Of a stretch of DNA of 64,000 nucleotides, positions 55,801-61,800 are shown piece by piece. Every line of letters starts with the position of its first letter. Positions within the stretch are counted from its first letter, which is position 1. The translations under genes were made by a program, and so were the position numbers. Location of the stretch: assembly GCF_964355755.1 (NCBI RefSeq), contig NC_092670.1:15114795-15178794 (forward strand). The letters run 5' to 3'. The stretch is from Antedon mediterranea (taxonomy: Eukaryota; Animalia; Echinodermata). The notes under the pieces were generated by a model, which was not told where the DNA came from, did not search any database, and worked only from the letters and a program-made list of their open reading frames with translations.

Positions 55801-58800
55801 TAACATATTAACAAACAATTACAATAAAAATCTAAACAAAATCTAATACAGAATTAAGTCTAGCGACATTAAACATCCTGGAGTATTGAAACTGCTGATA
55901 GCAAATGGCCAATACCATAGTATCTAACTCCTAAATATTACTAACCTAACCCTCTTAAGGCTCATTTACACAAGGACAATAACGATCGATGATAAATATG
56001 CATTTGTCATTCTAAAAGCACAAGAAATCTAAATAGTTCTCATCCTAGAACTATGATAGGAACCATCTATGCTTCTTTTGATGAAAATAATTATTTTCAC
56101 ACGTCAAATCAAATGACGTCAAGATTAGTTAGAGCAATAATATTGATTTTAATGTTTTTATTGATCATGACGTCATTTGATTGGATTAAAAAAAACATTA
56201 ATTTTTAAAGACAGCTTAAAAGATTATCTTATAGTTCTAGAACGAAATTTTTTTTGTTTTGAAGTAAGAAAAATGTATGTTTATCTATTTATCGTCGATC
56301 ATTATCATCCTAGTGTAAATGGGCTTTTAAAATAATCTATCACCATATTACAGTACCCTATGGTCTGAAGGCTGTTGTCATTAGAAACTACACAGCATGA
56401 TGATGATATTGCTAGAAAGACGTGATGCCTCTCAGGATTTTTATTTAGATTTTTTTATGGTAGAGCACTGTCACTTACAGTTCCATCGGCACATTGACAT
56501 CCAGGAATGCATTCTTCAACGCAGTCTTCATTACTAATTGATAATTCATGGCATGTTACATCACAGCTTCTTCCACACTCTCTGTATACCTTACCCTCTG
56601 GGCATTCATGCTCTAGACAATATAACAAATTAAAATAAAATAAAAAATGCATTCTGAATATTACTAATTGAAATCTGATATGAACATAACAACATTTTAA
56701 AACAAAAAATATTATAACTCATAAACATAAGAAAAAATAAACACACACAAATGTTAATTTGATTCATTTTTATAGCCAATATTTAAAAATATAAACAATA
56801 TAAAGGATCACGATAAAATTATTAAACTGCAGTAACTACATTTTACACTGCAGTTTTTTGAGTTCTGCAATAAACAGTATGTTTATAAACAAAACAAAAA
56901 TATTGTATAAACAGGTTAAAGAGTAAACAAAATGTAGTTACTGCAGTAACTGCAGTAGAATAATGTTGACATGGTCCCTAAATGATATAAATAAATGTAG
57001 GACAGATTCCCTTAGATGAATTGACACACAAAGAAAACCCCATGGGCTTTTGTCACATCTAGATAGATAAAATAAAAAATGCACTTACCGCAAAATTCAC
57101 TGGTCCGCCAATCAAGTACAATTCCTGCAACTGCGCATCTATGAGCATATGCTGCAAATGCCATACATTCACATTCGTTCCCTACTGACACTCTTGACCA
57201 ACAAGCACACACACTATTTTGGCAGTCTTCAATGAACTCTTCAATGCCTACAACATTGTGGCAACTGGAGAATGTCTCGCTCTGAAGTTGGCTACACAGT
57301 GTAGTTGCCTGCCTGTACATCTGTGCATTTATTGCACAAACACCTCCTAGTCCGCCATAGCCAGCATCACCGAGATCCGGGCAAGACCCAGAATTCTTCC
57401 ATGAGTTTGCGAAGCGGTAAGGTTGCACGGCAACAGAGTTCCTAGGTGTCATCATATCGTTATCTTGGTTGCTGTCAAAGTTGCCAAACAAACCAGTGAC
57501 CTATAATAATAATAAAATCTTTAGTATTGCAACAAAACCGTATAACATTGTAAAACAAGAAGAAATATAAAGTTGGTAAATTTAGACAAACAATAGAAGT
57601 TAAAAGAACTACAGTAGGATGGAAACATTAGGTACTTTACAAACAAACTTAATTATTTCAATATTACAGGTATCTATATTATAATAGCACTAAGCCAAAA
57701 TGTATTCCTCTATCTTCTCCTAAACTGTAATTCCGATACAGAGCCGTTTAATTCCATTTATCCATTAGCCTATTATCAGAACGGCAAAGTTGTACAAAAT
57801 ATATGTTTCAATTTTTTCCCCTCAGTTTCTACTGTATGATCAGTGCTTAGGAGAGGTTTCACAACATAAATCCAGAGCACATTATAATATATATATATAT
57901 ATACTATGCATATTTGTTATACTCTACTTTCTCTAGAACATACAGTGTGTACTTAATTTATCATGGTGCCTGTCTGTTGGACAAGTACCTGCTAGTATTT
58001 ATTCATTCATTAAAAAAAAACCCTATGAAATAAGGAAAAAAGGACAGAAACAGTAAAACAAGAATATTAAAATATGAAAAAAAGTTTTAAATGCCAAGAA
58101 TCAAACGATAATAAAACTACTACATCTTAGACAATTTATTCTGTGGTAGGGATGGTGGATTGTTTTCAACAAATTATTATTAATTCTCAAATTACGACCG
58201 TGGTTGCGATAAGGGGGAAGAAAATCAAGAAAAATGCAGTAGCTAGGCCATTACCAAACTGTATCATTAGCTTATTATCTATGATGGATTTATTGTGCAT
58301 CAAGCATTGTCGCACCTCGTTTTCGGCATAATTAATGTGTTTTGAAAGTTTTGATAGTTTTTATTTGTTTGTTTTGTTACTTACCTTCTTGAAATTGAAA
58401 TTTTTTCACATGTGTTATTAAAGAATTTAATTAAATTGAATTATTATACAAAATAAATTTACCAATTCTCTCCATGAAGGCGAGAGTCGGACAAACAGTT
58501 GGTTTTCACCATCCCAAAGGATCTGGACACCTATAGGCGTCTCAATGCGAATGAACTCGTCAGATACCCATCTCACTTGAACCATGCTTTGTTCTGTTGT
58601 CGGAATTCCAATGACTTCATTGTTTCTCAGAAGTTCAGAATTGGAACGTAATCTATGAAATGAGATACAATTAAGGTATCACGTATAAATTATTCTACTG
58701 CAGTTATTGCAGTAACTACATTTTGTTTACTCTTTAAACCTGTTTATGCAACTAATTAGCAAGCTTTCTTGTGTAATCATACATATTGTTATTACAGTAC

Positions 58801-61800
58801 ATTGATTGACGTTGTTGGTCGTAGGTCATCGCAAATAAAAAGCTCCATATTATAATAATATTAAGCTTTGTCTACACTATCAAACTAGTTTGACGAAACG
58901 AGTGTGATGTGCCTAAATATGGTAGTGATATGCCCAAATATAGTAGTGATAGGACATCATCATGTACATATATGGGCACATCACATTGATTGACGTTGTT
59001 GGTCGTAGGCCATCGCGAATAAAAAGCTCCATATTAAGGTTTGTCTACACTATTAAACTAGTTTGACAAAAAGTGTGATGTGCCTAAATATAGTAGTGAT
59101 ATGCCCAAATATAGTAGTGATATGACATCATCATGTCCATATATGGGCACATTACATTTTTTTGTCACATAAAGTTTGATAGTGTAGACAGAGCTTTATA
59201 TGAATAAAACTTACTTGTATACACTGTCACCATAAATACGTATAGAAACTGACGAAATGCAAGACACCGTCACGACTTGCTGAGCACATTGTGTCATGTC
59301 AATCCAAATATGGAATGGTGTTTCAATGGATGCATCGCTCACTGATTGAACTAAAATGTACTGGCAATTTCCTCTCAGTCTATAACGGACGTTATCAAAT
59401 GTTGTGAAGAAATGACTGCCGATAATTGAGGCACGGCCATCACATTCAGTATCTGTACATTGCCAAGTACCACTATCACATGTACTAAACAAGATTTAAA
59501 TAGGTGTATTATTCAATTGTTTTGTTTTTATAGATTAATACGCTTTTTAAAACAATTTGTAACATAGTTTGATCTGCCGATTTATTACATGTTTTCATAC
59601 ATGCGAACCTTGATAAAACGTATAGTTTGGAGCTATTTGATTACTATGATGGTCAGTTTAGTACCAGGGCAATTAAACATGCCCAGTAACAACTCAGCTC
59701 ATCTTGAAACAAAAAAAAACAGGCCTCTCATCATAGAGACTTTACAGGGTCCCCTGTTCAATAAAAAATGTGACCTTTGATCCCCTATGAAAACCATTTT
59801 ACCTGAATGTTTATTTAGCTTTATGCAATCAAATTTGTTTAGTGTAAACCAGCCTATGTTTTTGGGTATTTGTTTATATTTACAGCGCTTAGAGGTTTCA
59901 CAACATTAGGCGCTATATAAATCCAGGATATATATTTAAAAAAAATTATTAAATACCATGAGCGGCATTCAGCATCTAACGTTGTTTGTGCTGGGTACAG
60001 TTCATCATTGAGTAAACATGGACATTGTCTTCGTTCAACACAATTCTCACCATCAAAATATGTTCCTGAAATGAGAAATAATTTATACATTTTTAGATTT
60101 TATCAATGTGTTAATTTTATGTCACTTCATCGTTTTACATCACATAAAATCTTAGTACAACTTGTTTTTGTTCTATATTAATTATATCATATATTTTATT
60201 TTCAAAAAGTTAATGTGAAAAAGTAAACAAACAAGAAATTAAATTTTGGGAATAATATGCCATTATTTTTGCGTACAGAATTTTTCGCAATTTACCAATC
60301 ACTTGGTTTTTTCGCGAATGTACTCAGTACTGTAGTTTGAACATCTAGTACCTACCTAGGACTAAGCCTCTCGTAGTATCGCAATCCAAAAACAATACCT
60401 TACTGTGGCATCACGTGGGAATGCGATAAAAAAAACAATACCTTTCGTGGGAGCGCGTGGGATTGCGATCAAAGGACAATACTTCATGGGTTTGCGATCA
60501 TAAAAAAATGCCCCACGTGTAGGCTACAAAAGGTTACGCATGGGAACGAAGCAGTAATTAATAGCTGTACTGTAAGGTAAACAAAGTCTATTATGTAGGC
60601 TTACATTTACAGAAGTAAGCCTACTGAACTAGTTAAAATAATATTTCGATATATCTTTATTTTTTCGCAAACCTTCCACTGCGAAATGGCCATGGCGGAA
60701 GTATTGTCAATCACAGTTCCCCGATTACAGGGATTTTTGTAGTAAGGTTTAAAATGGAGAAATTCACAAAAATTACGGCATATACAGTATTCAAAAGAGG
60801 GAACATCATTTTCCAAATAGGGATTGGTTCTTAACTCAGTAGGTTATTTAAATTTATTCACATTTAAATTGTGGAAAGCTATCATTTCTCTAATAAGTAG
60901 ATAAATATAAAAAGCATTTTCAAATGTAACATTTGTACCTTGTGGACAGACACAACCATCAACACAGAACTCCAAACATTCTCTTTCAAAGTCCGCATTT
61001 TCACAGGTGCGAGGGCAGGCTGTACCGCATTCACTGTACACCATATTGCTATCACACGATATACCTGAAAAAAAAATGTTTATATCCACTAAGAGAAAAT
61101 TGTGCTTTATTGTCAGAACGTGTGTAAAGTTTTGTTTCAATTTTTGTTTTAGTAGAGAATAATGAATTGTGTTACTAAAGAATTTGATTTGTATGTGTTA
61201 TATAGTGATTTAAAGAATATGCTCTGAATTGAAATGTAAGTTGATAAACCTGACATACCACAAAATGTGGGACTCCTCCAGTTCAAGTTGACCGCTTTTG
61301 TGCCGCAAATACGAGAGTACTCTGTGAATGATTCGCATTCGCATCGCTCTCCAGCAGTGATATTACACTGGCACATGTGGTACATGCAAACACCAAAGAA
61401 TGGTTCCGGACTCACTAGGGCATGACAAGCCTCAAATACGTCAGAATAAATATAATTACAACGCTCAACAGCCTGGAAAGAAATAGAATTATGAACAAAA
61501 TAAATCAGATAATCAGTGCTTCATTTTGCATTCTTTTTTATACGTTACCATTACTGATCTTGTAGACCTCTTCTTCTGCAAGTGGCTGTCATTGATGAAT
61601 ACTGTATTCAATTTTGACACTTAACGTTGAGCATAGTTTGTCCATAATAACACTTGCATTTATATAGCTTCTAAGCACATTATCATTTTGTGGATCCATT
61701 GAAGATTTAAGTATTTTGTATTTTAAGCGTTGAGTTAATACTCAACTAACAATATTTTATATTTAAAGTACTAATTTTTCTGAATTGACTCTTTATAATT

